Of a stretch of DNA of 64,000 nucleotides, positions 51,239 to 64,000 are shown piece by piece. The notes under the pieces are model-generated. The model saw only the letters and a program-made list of their open reading frames with translations. It searched no databases and was not told where the DNA came from. A program made the position numbers and the translations under genes. Positions within the stretch are counted from its first letter, which is position 1. Every line of letters starts with the position of its first letter. This DNA comes from Schmidtea nova (taxonomy: Eukaryota). Location: positions 258,664,001-258,728,000 of the forward strand of contig CM097882.1 of NCBI GenBank assembly GCA_044892505.1, given 5' to 3'.

Positions 51239-52639
51239 CTGTGTATAACATATTGTATAGTTTTATGAATTGAAAACCAATTAATTGAGACTACTGACTA
51301 ATATTTTCAAAAAGTGTCGTCCAGATCTCGTGGAACAGACAAAAATGCAAAGATTAATAATAAAAAGCGACACTCAAATAACCGTTTTGCTACGCATTTC
51401 TAAAGGTGCAATGTCATCATCAGGTAGAAAATAAAAATAAAATTGTTTTATATATTTTTAAAGCCCGTTATATATTAAATTATTTTAATAATTCAAAAAA
51501 AATTTTAATTTTATTTGTTTCACTATTTCCGAAAAATATTAAAAATTTTAATAATTTAACAATAAAATTTAAAATTTTTAAAATTAATTAATTTTCGGAT
51601 CAAATGATCTTAGTAGCAACACAAATCTTCCCAATAATTATCAGAAAATTTTTGATAAAATTTTGTTTGAGTTATACAAAATTAAAAAGAAACAAAAAAT
51701 GTGCAAAATTAATTAATAATTAATTAAATTTTCAAAAACGGTAAAAATCAATATTTTTCTTGGGGAAAGTGGCAATCGACGGCAAATTAAAAGTTAAAAC
51801 GAATAAAATAATTTTAAAATAATTTGGAGTTCCTATGAAGTGCTAGGACAAAAAAACAAATTAATTAGTTGATTTCATTAATCATCAGAACGATCTTATC
51901 AATCATTGTGGAGAAAAAGACAAATGTTCAGACTAGACAAGCCGGAAAATTGTTTGTCAAAGTCAGAGGGGGGGGGTAGCTAGTAGCAAATGGAAAATAA
52001 GCATGTCAAAAGTAGATAATTTTCCGGGGTTTCTTCTTTTCCCACATTGACTGATTTGATTAAGCTTAGCATATAAACAAATACATTTTAGTTTAATTTG
52101 CCAGTTTGTCAAACAAGTGAAATTTAGTGCCAATCAGATTTTATGGGTGATATCCTTACGATTATCTACCCAAAGAGAAAATAATATTTTTTAAAACTGA
52201 CTATATAAATAACTTTGAGATTNNNNNNNNNNNNNNNNNNNNNNNNNNNNNNNNNNNNNNNNNNNNNNNNNNNNNNNNNNNNNNNNNNNNNNNNNNNNNN
52301 NNNNNNNNNNNNNNNNNNNNNNNNNNNNNNNNNNNNNNNNNNNNNNNNNNCTATTATTAATAAAAACACGAAATTGCCAAACAATAGAAATATATTTCAA
52401 GGACATAGTCCTCATCATCAGTCTGCCATCATAATCTAAATCAAATGCTATATACGGAAACAGTAATGACGTAATGGCTATGATTTAATGAGTTATTAAA
52501 TAATCTCAATAAATTCGTTGCTGATTGAATATTAATTGTAGGGGATTGTGATTTAATCACCAACGCCTCACATAAAATTCTTTCCTATTTATTGTTAAAG
52601 TTTTTTAACATAATTTTAAAATCTTTTAAATCAGTTTCT

Positions 52640-53290
52640 CCTTTACACATTTTTCTATGCTCAATAATATTACTCACACCTTTCAATCGGCTATGTTCCT
52701 GAACCGTGTGCGGAGATGACGGGAAGTCTCTCCAATGTATGTGGCATTGCACCCATTACATGACAACCTTTACACTAGATCAGACACTAAACCTATTGGG
52801 GTTTGAGATTTATTACTGAACATATTTACTGATTTTAAAGACTTTGAAACTATGTTAAATATGTTAGAATTTCCTAAGGATTTCATTACAGAACACTTAT
52901 AGTTTTTAAATAGATTCTGTATGGGACTGATTTGAGGTTTTTTTCGGTACCACAAGAAATTCCGTCTCAAGTCGCCAGTTGGCATGCTTGATTTATATAA
53001 ATTTTTATTTTTTTGATCGTTGAAAAGGTTTTTTTGTTAAACACTGGATTTGACAACATATTCATGTTTATAAAGCATCCAAAAATACATAACTGTCGGA
53101 TGCACATTTTATGGTGACAAAGTTGATCAGCGGTAAGTCTACGATTGAATGTAGATCTTGAATATCAGTGGAATAAATAGTTATTGAAATAGGCTAAGAT
53201 AAATGCGGTGTGAAAAATTTACAGAATAAATCTAAAAATGTCTACAAATTCATAAATGAAATGTATCGACCTGCTGAACAAGTTGCGGTG
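52640..53290 (-). mobile_element. Decayed Penelope-like RT/GIY-YIG remnant in a PDE4 intron
   Basis: SQTPIGLVSDLV*...CNGCNATYIGETSRHLRTR; eroded VDTF and FLD RT motifs upstream. Confidence 0.75.
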
Positions 53291-54246
53291 ATAATCAATA
53301 ATTATCTGCCGTTCACATATCAAATGGAACTCAAATTTTAGGGAAAACATTTTTCGTCTGCTTTTATTTATATTCTTAGAAAATTCTTTTGTACATTATA
53401 TTTAATGATAATTATTTGCTACTCATATTTCTCCTAAGACTAGCATGGATATATTTTATTGCCTTCCCCTGTGTTAGGTATAAATGTATAGTTTATTTTA
53501 TTTTATATTTTATTGTGTATTTCACTCTACTGGTCTACGGTAGAGGTCGGCAAAAATTATATAAATTCATACTTTTCATTTCATTCTTTAAGGTCTTTTA
53601 TATTTTTGGTAAAATTAAAATGACCCTTGTTAAAAGGGTCGCTGATCCCTGATTTTCAAGGTGAAAAATGTCAATGATTTTCTGGAAGGAAGTTTTGATA
53701 ACTAGTGATATTTCAATCATAGTGCCACACAAACTGAACTACATGCTTTAACATTTCAATTTCCCCTGGCCAGATCTTGTTACTGTCAGTGAGCAACATT
53801 GGTATATGTATAATGTAATAATAGGAGTTAACGTAGCGACCTAATGTACAGTTCTCAATTTGTTATGGACTTTACGCAAAGCTATGCTTATCAACCATAT
53901 CTTTGGTGGTCGGTAATGTTTTGTTTGATTTTGCGTTTTGCTCAATTTAAATACTGCCAATTTCTTAAGCACATATTTACTGAAATTTCAACCGTTCAAA
54001 AATTGAATTGACTACTTTGAAATACAATAAAGTCTAGTCAACTCCCTTTCTGTGCATGATGCTCTTTGATCAAATAATCTTCTGAACTATAAAAAGAATC
54101 CAAAATTGAATAAATAAATTCTTACTTAACATATTGTTGTCGGAAAACGAAAAATTACGTTTTTCATGTGTCATATGTTGCAATGTAATATACGTAAATA
54201 AGCGTATTATTCATAATGTTCGTTGATTGCAGAATTTGTATAAATA

Positions 54247-55283
54247 CCCCGGCCTACCAAACGTCTCCAATCAAGCAGTTATTTACATATTGCAGTTTAT
54301 AATAAACATCTGCGGTGCAAATATTAACAACAATGGGAACAAAGATCACCAACACCTTCAACATGCTGCATGCGCACATGTACACACACGCGCACACACA
54401 GACACAAACAGAATATGACTACTCACGCCAGACACACAGCAGTGATAACAGTGAGACATTTTAATGAAGGATTGTCACTTTATTAGGATATAACTGCTCA
54501 CACCAGACACACGACAGTGATAATTCGTCGTCGTCGCTTGAAGTGGTGTCGGGAGAGAAGGAGTTGGACAGCAGAACAATGGCGCTCAGTCATTTGGAGT
54601 GATGAATCACATTTCACTCTTTTCAAATCTGATGGACAGCAATTCTGCTGGCGTCGTGTAGGAGAACGGTTTCACCCTGACAGCATTCAGCACACTGTGA
54701 AATATGAAGGAGGCTCCATCATGTTTTGGAGTCTTTTTTCAGCTCGTGGATTTGGTCCTCTAGTGAAGTGCAGCAATCACATGACGTCAGTGGAATACCG
54801 TGCCATTCTGGAAAACGAGCTTGTTCCCTTTCTCCCAGAAATCGAGGGGCTCATTTTCCAACAGGATAATGCACCAATCAATACTTAGCACATTATAAAA
54901 GAATTCTTTCTGAAGCACAAGATCAACTTTTTGGATTAGTTTCCACGAAGTCCTGATCTGAATTTTATTGAGTTTCTGTGAAACATCCTTGGTAGACAAG
55001 TTCGCAAAAGGTTTCCCATTGCCCGTAATGCCTTCGAACTAGAAACTCATCTGCCTGAGAAATGGTCACACATCTCCCCTGATTTCCTGGCAAGTGGTCG
55101 ATACAATGCCTAAACGAGTGCGCCTTGTTATCCAGATGAAAGGTAATATAACGAAGTACTAACTCTCTCAGCACTACAGAGATTCAGTATTCGTGTGTGT
55201 TTGTAACATTTGTTCCCATTTCTGTTCATTATAAACTGCATTATGTATATAACTGCCTGACTGGAGACTTTTGGTAGGTTTTC
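54247..55283 (+). mobile_element. Internally deleted Tc1 (DD34E) element
   Basis: Imperfect ~90-bp TIRs (CCTACCAAA.GTCTCCA.TCA.GCAGTTA). Motifs WSDESHF, GGSIMFW, FQQDNAP, SPDLNFIE. Confidence 0.85.
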
Positions 55284-56793
55284 TATATTGCCGAAATATC
55301 AGATGACAACATCATGAGCCATGCTACCTTGTTGGGGTATTTAGCTGGTCAGTCTGACAACCGAGTATTTTTAATAAACACGTGTTATTGCATTATTATT
55401 ATTGAAATATATTTTATTATGACAACTTTTTACACGGCCCTGACTCTTACGATATATTTTTATCGAAGGAAAGGTTCATCGCGAGAAACCGAAAACAAAT
55501 CATATAAAAATTCACAATACATTAGAAATTACAGTGATTTTTTAAAACCGCTTTTCGCCCATTTCCCCTTGAATGATACCGACTACGTTGCGGCAAGCAA
55601 ACTGAATGTCATTAACAAAAATTGTTTATGAAAACTCTTATCATTCTTTATGTGAATGGTTCTTTACATTTAGAGTCACGGTCCACCTTATGACCAATAA
55701 TGTCTTAGCTGTTACCTATTCTTCATTATTTATGCATATTTAAAAAATATCAATTATCATTTTATTATTAAAACAAATTTTTAATACACAAATTTATTTA
55801 TTTATAAAATTAACAAAACATATTCCATAATATGCATAAATGTAAATAAATTTAAAATAAAAAAATTCATTTAATTATTTGGAAATCCTAAAAAATTTAT
55901 TTTTATATCAAAAGATGTCTTTGACGCTAAAAGCTTTTCCTAAATAAAGAATTTTGTTGGATTGGTTATATATGATTCTTAACCTAACTTGGCAGACCAC
56001 TCAATGTTTTCATTGTTACTTATCGCAATATTTTATAGCTATTGCCGAATAACTATAAAATTCAAAAACAAATTAAATGAAAATATGAGCGAACTTTTAC
56101 AATGAAAAATGAAATATAAAGAATAATCAAATTAAATTCCTAAATTTTGATTGATGATAAGAATAGATCATCAGAATTTACCAAGTATGATCTGCAATGG
56201 AGAATGGATCAACTGGATCATCTGTAACACGGTTGACATGATCGGAAGTGATTGATGAAAAAATAAATCAACTATAAACCAAATTTTACGTTATAAACAG
56301 AAATGTTTACTAAATTATTTATAGAATCAAAAATATAATTAAAAACATTTTAGATTATTTCTATGACAAGCTGCAATCCATCAATTGATAAAACGTAGCA
56401 GTCTTTACACAGTATTTCAAGGACTATAAAATTCGCATCTCTCCTCACTTTATATTGCTATTATTATAGGAGAGAAATGATAAATGATATTTTATAAACT
56501 CTTCTGTCTCAATTGACTGTTAATTATGCTAGNNNNNNNNNNNNNNNNNNNNNNNNNNNNNNNNNNNNNNNNNNNNNNNNNNNNNNNNNNNNNNNNNNNN
56601 NNNNNNNNNNNNNNNNNNNNNNNNNNNNNNNNNNNNNNNNNNNNNNNNNNNNNNNNNNNNNNNNNNNNNNNNNNNNNNNNNNNNNNNNNNNNNNNNNNNN
56701 NNNNNNNNNNNNNNNNNNNNNNNNNNNNNNNNNNNNNNNNNNNNNNNNNNNNNNNNNNNNNNNNNNNNNNNNNNNNNNNNNNNNNNNNNNNNN

Positions 56794-57190
56794 CGTTAGC
56801 AGAGTTTATTAAAATATAATAATAAGGTAACAATAGTAAGCCTTCTCCGCAATGTTTATTTAAATGAAATATTTCGATCTTTAAAAGATCCTGATCACTC
56901 AATGCGAAATTCTTTCCAATTGATATTCCACTTCTTTCTGGATATTTTCCTTCTCCTGAATTCTGATTTAATGTTAATTATTTAAACAAATTAAGATTTA
57001 TTTATGAGATATATTAAATAAAATTTTTAATTTAAAATAAAATTTAAAAATATTTTATTTAATTATTTTCATTAATTAGAGCATCCTTTTTTTAAAAAAA
57101 ATTTTTAAAAATCATATAGAGAGTCAAAGTCCTTTAATTAATAAAATGTTATTTTTTTAAATAAAAACATTTTAAAAAATCAAAAGAAAA
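56794..57190. repeat. ~400-bp dispersed repeat; deleted direct copy at 57363-57500, inverted copy at 63235-63630
   Basis: CGTTAGCAGAGTTTATTAAAATATAATAATAAGG... shared by all three. Confidence 0.9.
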
Positions 57191-57504
57191 TCACTTCCCT
57201 ATACAAAATTAGAATAATTCTTTCATAAAAATCCTCTTTTAATGAATTCTCAAGAATAAATCTCACTTTGAAATTTTAATTTTTTATTAAAATCTTGTCT
57301 TTAGCTATTTCGAAGACGACGTTAATCTGGCTCAGATTGAAAGTATAAATACAAAATTGGTTTGTCGTTAGCAGAGTTTATTAAAATATAATAATAAGGT
57401 AACAATAGTAAGCCTTCTCCGCAATGTTTATTTAAATGAAATATTTCGATCTTTAAAAGATTTTGTATTTTTAAATAAAAACATTTTAAAAAATCAAAAG
57501 AAAA

Positions 57505-58300
57505 TTGATTGAAAGAGCCATAAGAAACTGTTCAGACGCAAACAAAATACAAGAAACATTAGAAAACTTCAAAATACAATTCCTCCAAAATGGATACCCT
57601 GAAGACTTTGTAAAGAAACACTTCCTTAACGAACCATACCACAATAAACGCAACAATAGGAAACGCCAGAAACACAATAACAATAACAAACACACAACAT
57701 ATCTAAGATTACCTTTCCTAAATGACACTACAGCCAACAAAATCACCAACATTTTTAATCAAACAGATTTGCCTATCCACATCCGTCCAACGTTCATAAC
57801 CTCCGCACCGTTAAAATCACAACTCCGAAAGCCACCAATTTCCAACATCTCCAAACATAAATCTCTTTGCCGTTCCACAACCCGATGCTTTTGCTTTTCC
57901 AAAAATATAGTATATAAACCTTCTTGTCAAAAATATGACCAGTAATTATTACGAACACTGGGAGAAAGTACATAAAACAACTCCATCTATAGAAGAAACA
58001 AAATGCCAGATTCTACAAGAGGGATTCAAAAATTCATTACAAAGATTAGCTTCCGAGACTTTTTACATAAAAAAATACAAACCGTCCATCAACATTCAAT
58101 TCGCACAAAAAAATTAAAATAAATTTTTTTTTTCATCCAATAAAATCATTATAAAATATTAAAAAAATAATTAAGGCTACTATTTAGGATTAAGTAAATA
58201 TAACGATAGAAATACACACTTGATAAAGGCTGTGCTGAAATATTGTGTTATTGTTTATAAAAAAAATTTGATCTATAGTCATTATGAGAATTATTGATAA
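57505..58300 (+). mobile_element. 5'-truncated Penelope-like element: RT C-terminus, deleted GIY-YIG, pseudo-LTR with hammerhead (core 58220-58244), (AAT)n downstream
   Basis: RAIRNCSD, LQNGYPEDFV, YLRLPF, SETFYIKKYKPSINIQ, then CACAC-TTGATAA-A-GGCTGTGCT-GAAA-TATT-GTGT. Confidence 0.9.
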
Positions 58301-58815
58301 TAATCAAAAAAGATCAAAGGTGTAAAAAGATAATTATGATAATAATAATAATAATAATAATAATGTTGGGTTATTATACTTTTGATGGGGAACTAATTTT
58401 AATTTTGACTGCTCATGTCTTCATAATAACAAAGAATCAACAAATTACAACTTTATTTGAAAATAAAATTCGAAACAAATATATTCTTTTCTTTTTGGGC
58501 AGATAATCCTAAGGATATAACCCGTAAAATCTTATTGATTAAATCTTATTTCACTAAGTTTCACTTCTTCGACCAACTGGCAAATGCTACTGAAATGAGT
58601 TAGTTTAAATACTAAACTCAATCCCATCAGTCTATGTGGGAAAAGAAGGAAAGCCGGCCAATCATATTAATTCATAAACGATATTTCTCATAGATAAAAT
58701 TGTAGAATCATAGAACTAAAGGAATTTGATAATTATAATAATAAATAAATTGTAAAAAATAAAATAAATATTCATTTAAATTTATAGTGCATTTTTTACA
58801 AAAAAATAATCTTAC

Positions 58816-58970
58816 TAAATCTATAACGATTTTCCTTAATGAATATCTTTGAGTTTTATTCAAAGAAGCGAAAATATTGCATCCGGGCTTTTGAAGAAAT
58901 CTGAACGCTACTGCCAAATGATGATTTTCAAGAACGGAAGTATCATTGTACATTATAGCTAATTCATGAC
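58816..58970 (-). CDS. PDE4: PDE4 exon
   Basis: [22 protein letters not shown]...LRKIVIDL; AG acceptor 58971-58972, GTAAG donor. Confidence 0.95.
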
Positions 58971-59999
58971 CTANNNNNNNNNNNNNNNNNNNNNNNNNNN
59001 NNNNNNNNNNNNNNNNNNNNNNNNNNNNNNNNNNNNNNNNNNNNNNNNNNNNNNNNNNNNNNNNNNNNNNNNNNNNNNNNNNNNNNNNNNNNNNNNNNNN
59101 NNNNNNNNNNNNNNNNNNNNNNNNNNNNNNNNNNNNNNNNNNNNNNNNNNNNNNNNNNNNNNNNNNNNNNNNNNNNNNNNNNNNNNNNNNNNNNNNNNNN
59201 NNNNNNNNNNNNNNNNNNNNNNNNNNNNNNNNNNNNNNNNNNNNNNNNNNNNNNNNNNNNNNNNNNNNNNNNNNNNNNNNAAATCAACTGACTAAATTTC
59301 AATAATGTAGAATTTAAATTATAAATTACACAGTAAGAGGCCGAATTTCCATAGCGGTTTAATTAATAAACGACATTTCTACAATATTAGTAAAGAGCTC
59401 ATAATTAAATGTAAATAAAATAATTGACTTTTCTACACTATAATATTAATATTTGCACACTATTTTGCATATTAAAATATTACACTACATTATTTTTATT
59501 TTTTCCAATCTTTGTTAATCTTTGTCTTGATTTGAGTTTTCAAACTTATTCATTTTTATTTTTTGAAGTGCAGTAGTTTGATCATTTTAGCAACAGCGCT
59601 TCTTTTGTTTATTGAATCCTTAATATGATACGAATAATTTCAAATAAAACTCATTATATATTCTAAAAATAATAATTAATGAATAAGTTAGGAAAACAAC
59701 ATAAAATATTTCGCAAAAATTAAGTATAGTTTACTAAAATATTATAATGAAACATATTAGCGGCAACGATATCGAGTTCATTTTCAGTATCCATTAAATC
59801 TACAAAATTTATTATATTCAAAACTACGCTTTTTCTCGTAATATTTAAACAAAAACTTGAAGGCCATTCTTCTTTAATTCTGATGTTGATTTAAATGCTG
59901 GCTAATTTTTAAATATGTAATAACATGTATTTTAAACTTAATTTAATTTATTAATTTAAAATATTTATATAAAAATTTATGAAATTTGATAAATACAAT

Positions 60000-61450
60000 T
60001 TAAATGTTTGCAATTAATTACATTAATTCGTGCTTCTGTGTCTAACAGACAATAGTGTTAGACTTGGTTTACCTTGCATTTTACAATAAGTCATACGAGG
60101 TCTTTTCCATTCGTCTTTAGTAAATGTATTTTGTTTCACTTTGTTCTTTATATTATCGGAGATTTCATTAATCCACATAATCTTATCTTCATTCATATCA
60201 AATGTGTTTTTTAGGAAACTATATACTTTTTCTCCTGTTCTTTCATCGCTACACGTTATTTTTCTGTTTTCATTTTTATGATTTTTACTGCCACTTTTAT
60301 AAACATTAAAATTAGTTTTATTATCAATATTATTACATAAATCTTTACTAACAAAATTAAAATTATTTACAATTTTCAAATTATTTACATTATTATAACC
60401 AGCATTTTCATCAAAATCAAAATTACCTAATAAATGGCTCCGATCACTGCCTCCTGTGATGGAGCTTCCTCGTTTGGGTATTGCATTTCTTCGTATTTCT
60501 CTTCGGCTTCACTTGAATAATTTACTTGATAGTTTGTATCTTAATTTCCAATTGCTACTCCTCTCTTCTGCTATAATGATTGTTTTGTTGAAATCAGTCA
60601 CCTTTATTTTGATATGCTGCATTATTTCTTCCGTGTTGGCTCATTTTCGGCTTAAATCTCTCTAGGTTTGTATAGCATTCAGTTTCTTTGTGACCTTGTA
60701 GATGACATCTTCTACACTGGATGTTTGGACATTCTCGGCGTACGTGTCCATATAATCCATATCCAAAACACTGAATCTTCCTCTTCATAGTATATTCCCG
60801 ACTTATATGGTCTGGTTTTTGGCATATCGAGCATACGACGTTTTTGGTCACTTCCAATGGTTTTGACACTGGCATTAAATTTGTTTGTACAGGTCTTTCA
60901 ACCGCATCTGTAGCTTTTGACAGGTTTCAGATATGTTATAGGTCGAATGGTGCTAACATGGCTTATAGCTTTATTCACTTTCTCAATTTTTCTAATGGTT
61001 CTTTTAATTTCTTCTGACGTCTTTAGTTCTTGAATTTCTATTTCTTTTTTAACTTTTTTCTCTCGAGTCCAATTCATGAGTAGGCATTTATCAATTTCTT
61101 TTTCGTTCCACTCATGTCATAATAGCCTTTTGGTTAATTTCTCTACTGTTTCGATAAAGTGGTCTGCTGAATCGGATCATTGTTCATAATTTAGAACTTT
61201 TTTTAAGTCTTCGAATAATGATTTTGGCCTTGAAAATGCTGCTCTCAGATTTTCCTCGTATGTTTTTCCTTCTACTTTTTAATATTCATCATATAATGAT
61301 TTATCCAACAGTGTGCTAACCAGAATCATCTGCATCTTGACAGATATTTTCGTAATATTAAAATACTTTTGACATTCTTTAATGAATTCTTCCAGGTTAT
61401 CATCTTTGTGGAATCTTTTTTTAGATAAAGTTTGCAAATAATATTATAGT
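60000..61450 (-). mobile_element. Old gypsy-like gag-protease remnant in a PDE4 intron
   Basis: Gag-like helical region with stops; three CCHC-type knuckles (60594-60875); frameshifted protease LDTEARINV near 60020-60050. Confidence 0.75.
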
Positions 61451-61684
61451 TCACAGATATTAGTGTAGAAAAACATAAAAATAGTTTGCAGAAACTTTTG
61501 TGTATATACTAATTTATAAAAATTTAATCTCCATTCTATGTTCTGTAATACAATTGTTTGTTTTTCTTTTGAATATTTCTTATATTGTCACTAATATTTT
61601 CTTCACTTAACTGTCTCTGTTACCTTAATACATACACAACACGTACATGCAATTGCTTTATAAAGTCAAAATACTTTTAAATAC

Positions 61685-62478
61685 TGTTGGGGTTATTTTA
61701 AATTGTCACAAGTAAAATTTAATTGGCTAACTCCGCGCGTCCATGAGATCAAACTACTAGAACATAACAAATAACAATGTTTATTTCGTCTAAATATCAA
61801 TCACAACAAATCTTTAATGATAATTAATGAATATGGGTGAGTTTACTTAAGGTGAACTACTCGACGATGCTTTAGGAAAAACAATTACTTTTTTTTATAA
61901 TTATTACTTAAAAATACTTCTTGACTTCTTATCGCTTTCTTATCTTTATTCTTTTTGATTGAGCTCTACCTGTTTTCTCGAATTCTAAATTTTTCCGAAC
62001 TCAAATTTTTCTTCTGGTCCTTGTTGTGTTTGGTCTCTATTCGTTTATAGTGTTTTACACCGTACCTAATTATTGAGTAAATCCAGAATAAATTGAGTTT
62101 TATTGTTTGTCCGCAGTGGGATCCGAGAACTGCAATTATTGAACCAAAGGGCTAAAGATATTCTAATTATCTTTAAATTGGTAGACCGCCATTATGCCAT
62201 TACAATCGACAATCCCATTAATTTAATGGATTATTGTTGATTTTTTTGCATAATTAATGAGATATTTACCTTTGCCTGGGGATCCGCCATCAAACTTTTA
62301 ATTTTATATTCATCTTTAGCTTTTCATTTTCTACCGGCTTTTACCTTTTTTCCCCGTAAAATATTGATTTTTAATTTTAAATAATTTTTAATTAGTTGTT
62401 TTAATTAAAATTTTTAAGTTTTTATGCTTTGCATTAAATTTTGCACTTTTATTTCTGCATCTTTGTGTAACCCCAACA
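61685..62478. mobile_element. 794-bp TG...CA-bounded unit (solo LTR, or the LTR of the adjacent gag remnant)
   Basis: 11-bp terminal inverted repeat TGTTGGGGTTA / TAACCCCAACA; flanks ATAC / AAAC are a possible mismatched 4-bp TSD. Confidence 0.45.
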
Positions 62479-62585
62479 AAACTAACTTATGAAGAAATAT
62501 TTAGATATACTAATTTTCTGAAGTATCTGGAATTTGGGAAAATTAAATTAAGATTAGTAGTTTGCATTTTCAAAGGTTTTCTAAC

Positions 62586-62685
62586 CTATATTAATAAGAT
62601 ATTGGTTTGTCACTCCTGGATGTTGCACGTCATGGATCGCGCACGCGAATATAACGGCGAGAATTTCTAATTCTGTAAAGATATC
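62586..62685 (-). CDS. PDE4: PDE4 exon (100 nt; not in the ORF track)
   Basis: [33 protein letters not shown]; 55-nt GT-AG intron upstream; phase matches the next exon. Confidence 0.95.
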
Positions 62686-62740
62686 CTTAAAGATATCATA
62701 AAAATTAAAATGTTCTATAAAATAATAGTAGTAAGCACAC

Positions 62741-62905
62741 TTCTAGAGCGTCATTGGCCAGCAGAACGTGTACTGATTGCGTAACATCGGCAGCGTGAAC
62801 GGCATTGTGATAAGGAATAGATCTATCGTAATTCATTTCAATTTGCAGGAAGTATTTGATAACTGCTATGGGATCGATGGAGAAGATGCTCATCAATTGG
62901 CGTTT
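62741..62905 (-). CDS. PDE4: PDE4 exon (165 nt); more 5' exons lie in the gap or outside the window
   Basis: KRQLMSIF...[23 protein letters not shown]; TTTAG acceptor, GTGTG donor. Confidence 0.95.
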
Positions 62906-63234
62906 CTAAACAAGATAATATTTATAAACAATAATTATNNNNNNNNNNNNNNNNNNNNNNNNNNNNNNNNNNNNNNNNNNNNNNNNNNNNNNNNNNNNNN
63001 NNNNNNNNNNNNNNNNNNNNNNNNNNNNNNNNNNNNNNNNNNNNNNNNNNNNNNNNNNNNNNNNNNNNNNNNNNNNNNNNNNNNNNNNNNNNNNNNNNNN
63101 NNNNNNNNNNNNNNNNNNNNNNNNNNNNNNNNNNNNNNNNNNNNNNNNNNNNNNNNNNNNNNNNNNNNNNNNNNNNNNNNNNNNNNNNNNNNNNNNNNNN
63201 TAAGAATTAATAATAATAATTAGAATAAAAGTAA

Positions 63235-63630
63235 TAATTTTTTTTTTGATTTTTTAAAATGTTTTTATTTAAAAATGAGCATTTTATTAATTAAAAACTT
63301 TGACTCTGTGATTTTTTAAAATTCTTTTTAAAAAAGGATGCTTTAATTACTGAAAATTATTAAATAAACATAATTTTAAAATTAATTTAAAATTAAAATT
63401 TTATTTAATATATCTGAAGAATAAATCTTAATTTTTTTTAATAACCAACATTTAATCATAATTCAAGAAAATTAAAATATCCAGAAAGAAGTGAAAAGTC
63501 AATTGGAATGAATTTCGCATTGAGTGATCAGGATCATTTTAAGATCGAAATATTTTATTTAAATAAACATTGCTGAGAAGGCTTAACATTGTTGCCTTAT
63601 TATTATATTTTAATAAACTCTGCTAACGAC
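63235..63630. repeat. Inverted copy of the ~400-bp repeat at 56794-57190
   Basis: Reverse-complement alignment by eye, roughly 85% identical. Confidence 0.9.
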
Positions 63631-64000
63631 AAAACAATTTTTATTTAAAATTAATAATTATAATAATTAATAATTATCATATAATACTAAAAAAATCAAA
63701 AATTTTCACATCAATTTTTCTACGACTATAAATCATATTATTTTGGTTGTTAGTTACACCATATGTTGACAAAACCTTTATCAAATGTATATTTTAAATA
63801 CACACTTAATAAAGCCTTTTCCGAAAAGTCGTGTAACAAACAACTAAAACAATTTTTAGTTTAATTTACTAAAATTAATATGAAAATTATTGAATAAAAA
63901 AGAGATCAAAGGTGAAACCACAAGACAATTATGATAAAAAAATAATATTAATAATATATAATAATATAATTTACATTATAATCCTTTTCTACAATGCTTA

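Noticed and set aside
56165-56270. Exon-like stretch (SITSDHVNRVTDDPVDPFSIADHT) in a PDE4 intron
   Set aside because: Does not fit the PDE4 domain or phase; unsupported without transcripts.
56794-56902. Minus-frame LKIEIFHLNKHCGEG as an extra PDE4 exon
   Set aside because: It is part of a three-copy repeat, one copy is on the opposite strand, and the exon chain is already phase-complete.
21325-63223. ORF-track entries containing X runs
   Set aside because: They stay open only because they cross N-gaps.

Overview
AT-rich eukaryotic (animal) genomic scaffold with about 14 N-gaps, dominated by mobile DNA. Host content: five catalytic-domain exons of a PDE4 cAMP phosphodiesterase (minus strand, 50.6-62.9 kb), the last exon of a single-pass membrane protein (1.9-2.6 kb), and decayed intronless fragments of an ABCD transporter and a 5'-nucleotidase-type metallophosphoesterase. 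Mobile content: three mariners, a Tc1, an IS630-like element, a MULE remnant, piggyBac- and TA-type MITEs, Penelope-like pieces with minimal hammerhead ribozymes, a young full-length Ty3/gypsy element and an old gag-pro remnant. Three things stand out. (1) The Ty3/gypsy element (23533-29846) has a 453-codon ORF that starts inside the LTR, reads through the PBS, and encodes two hydrophobic segments plus a 76-aa ubiquitin-like domain ending in Gly-Gly just before Gag. (2) A ~13-kb non-coding, spacer-less palindrome (36383-49328) has Polinton/Maverick-type AG...CT ends and a 6-bp TSD; removing it restores the interrupted nucleotidase reading frame. (3) Two diverged, collinear copies of an unrecognised multi-ORF element sit at ~9.7-12.0 kb and ~18.6-21.3 kb. 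All family assignments are from motif recognition by eye; no searches were run.
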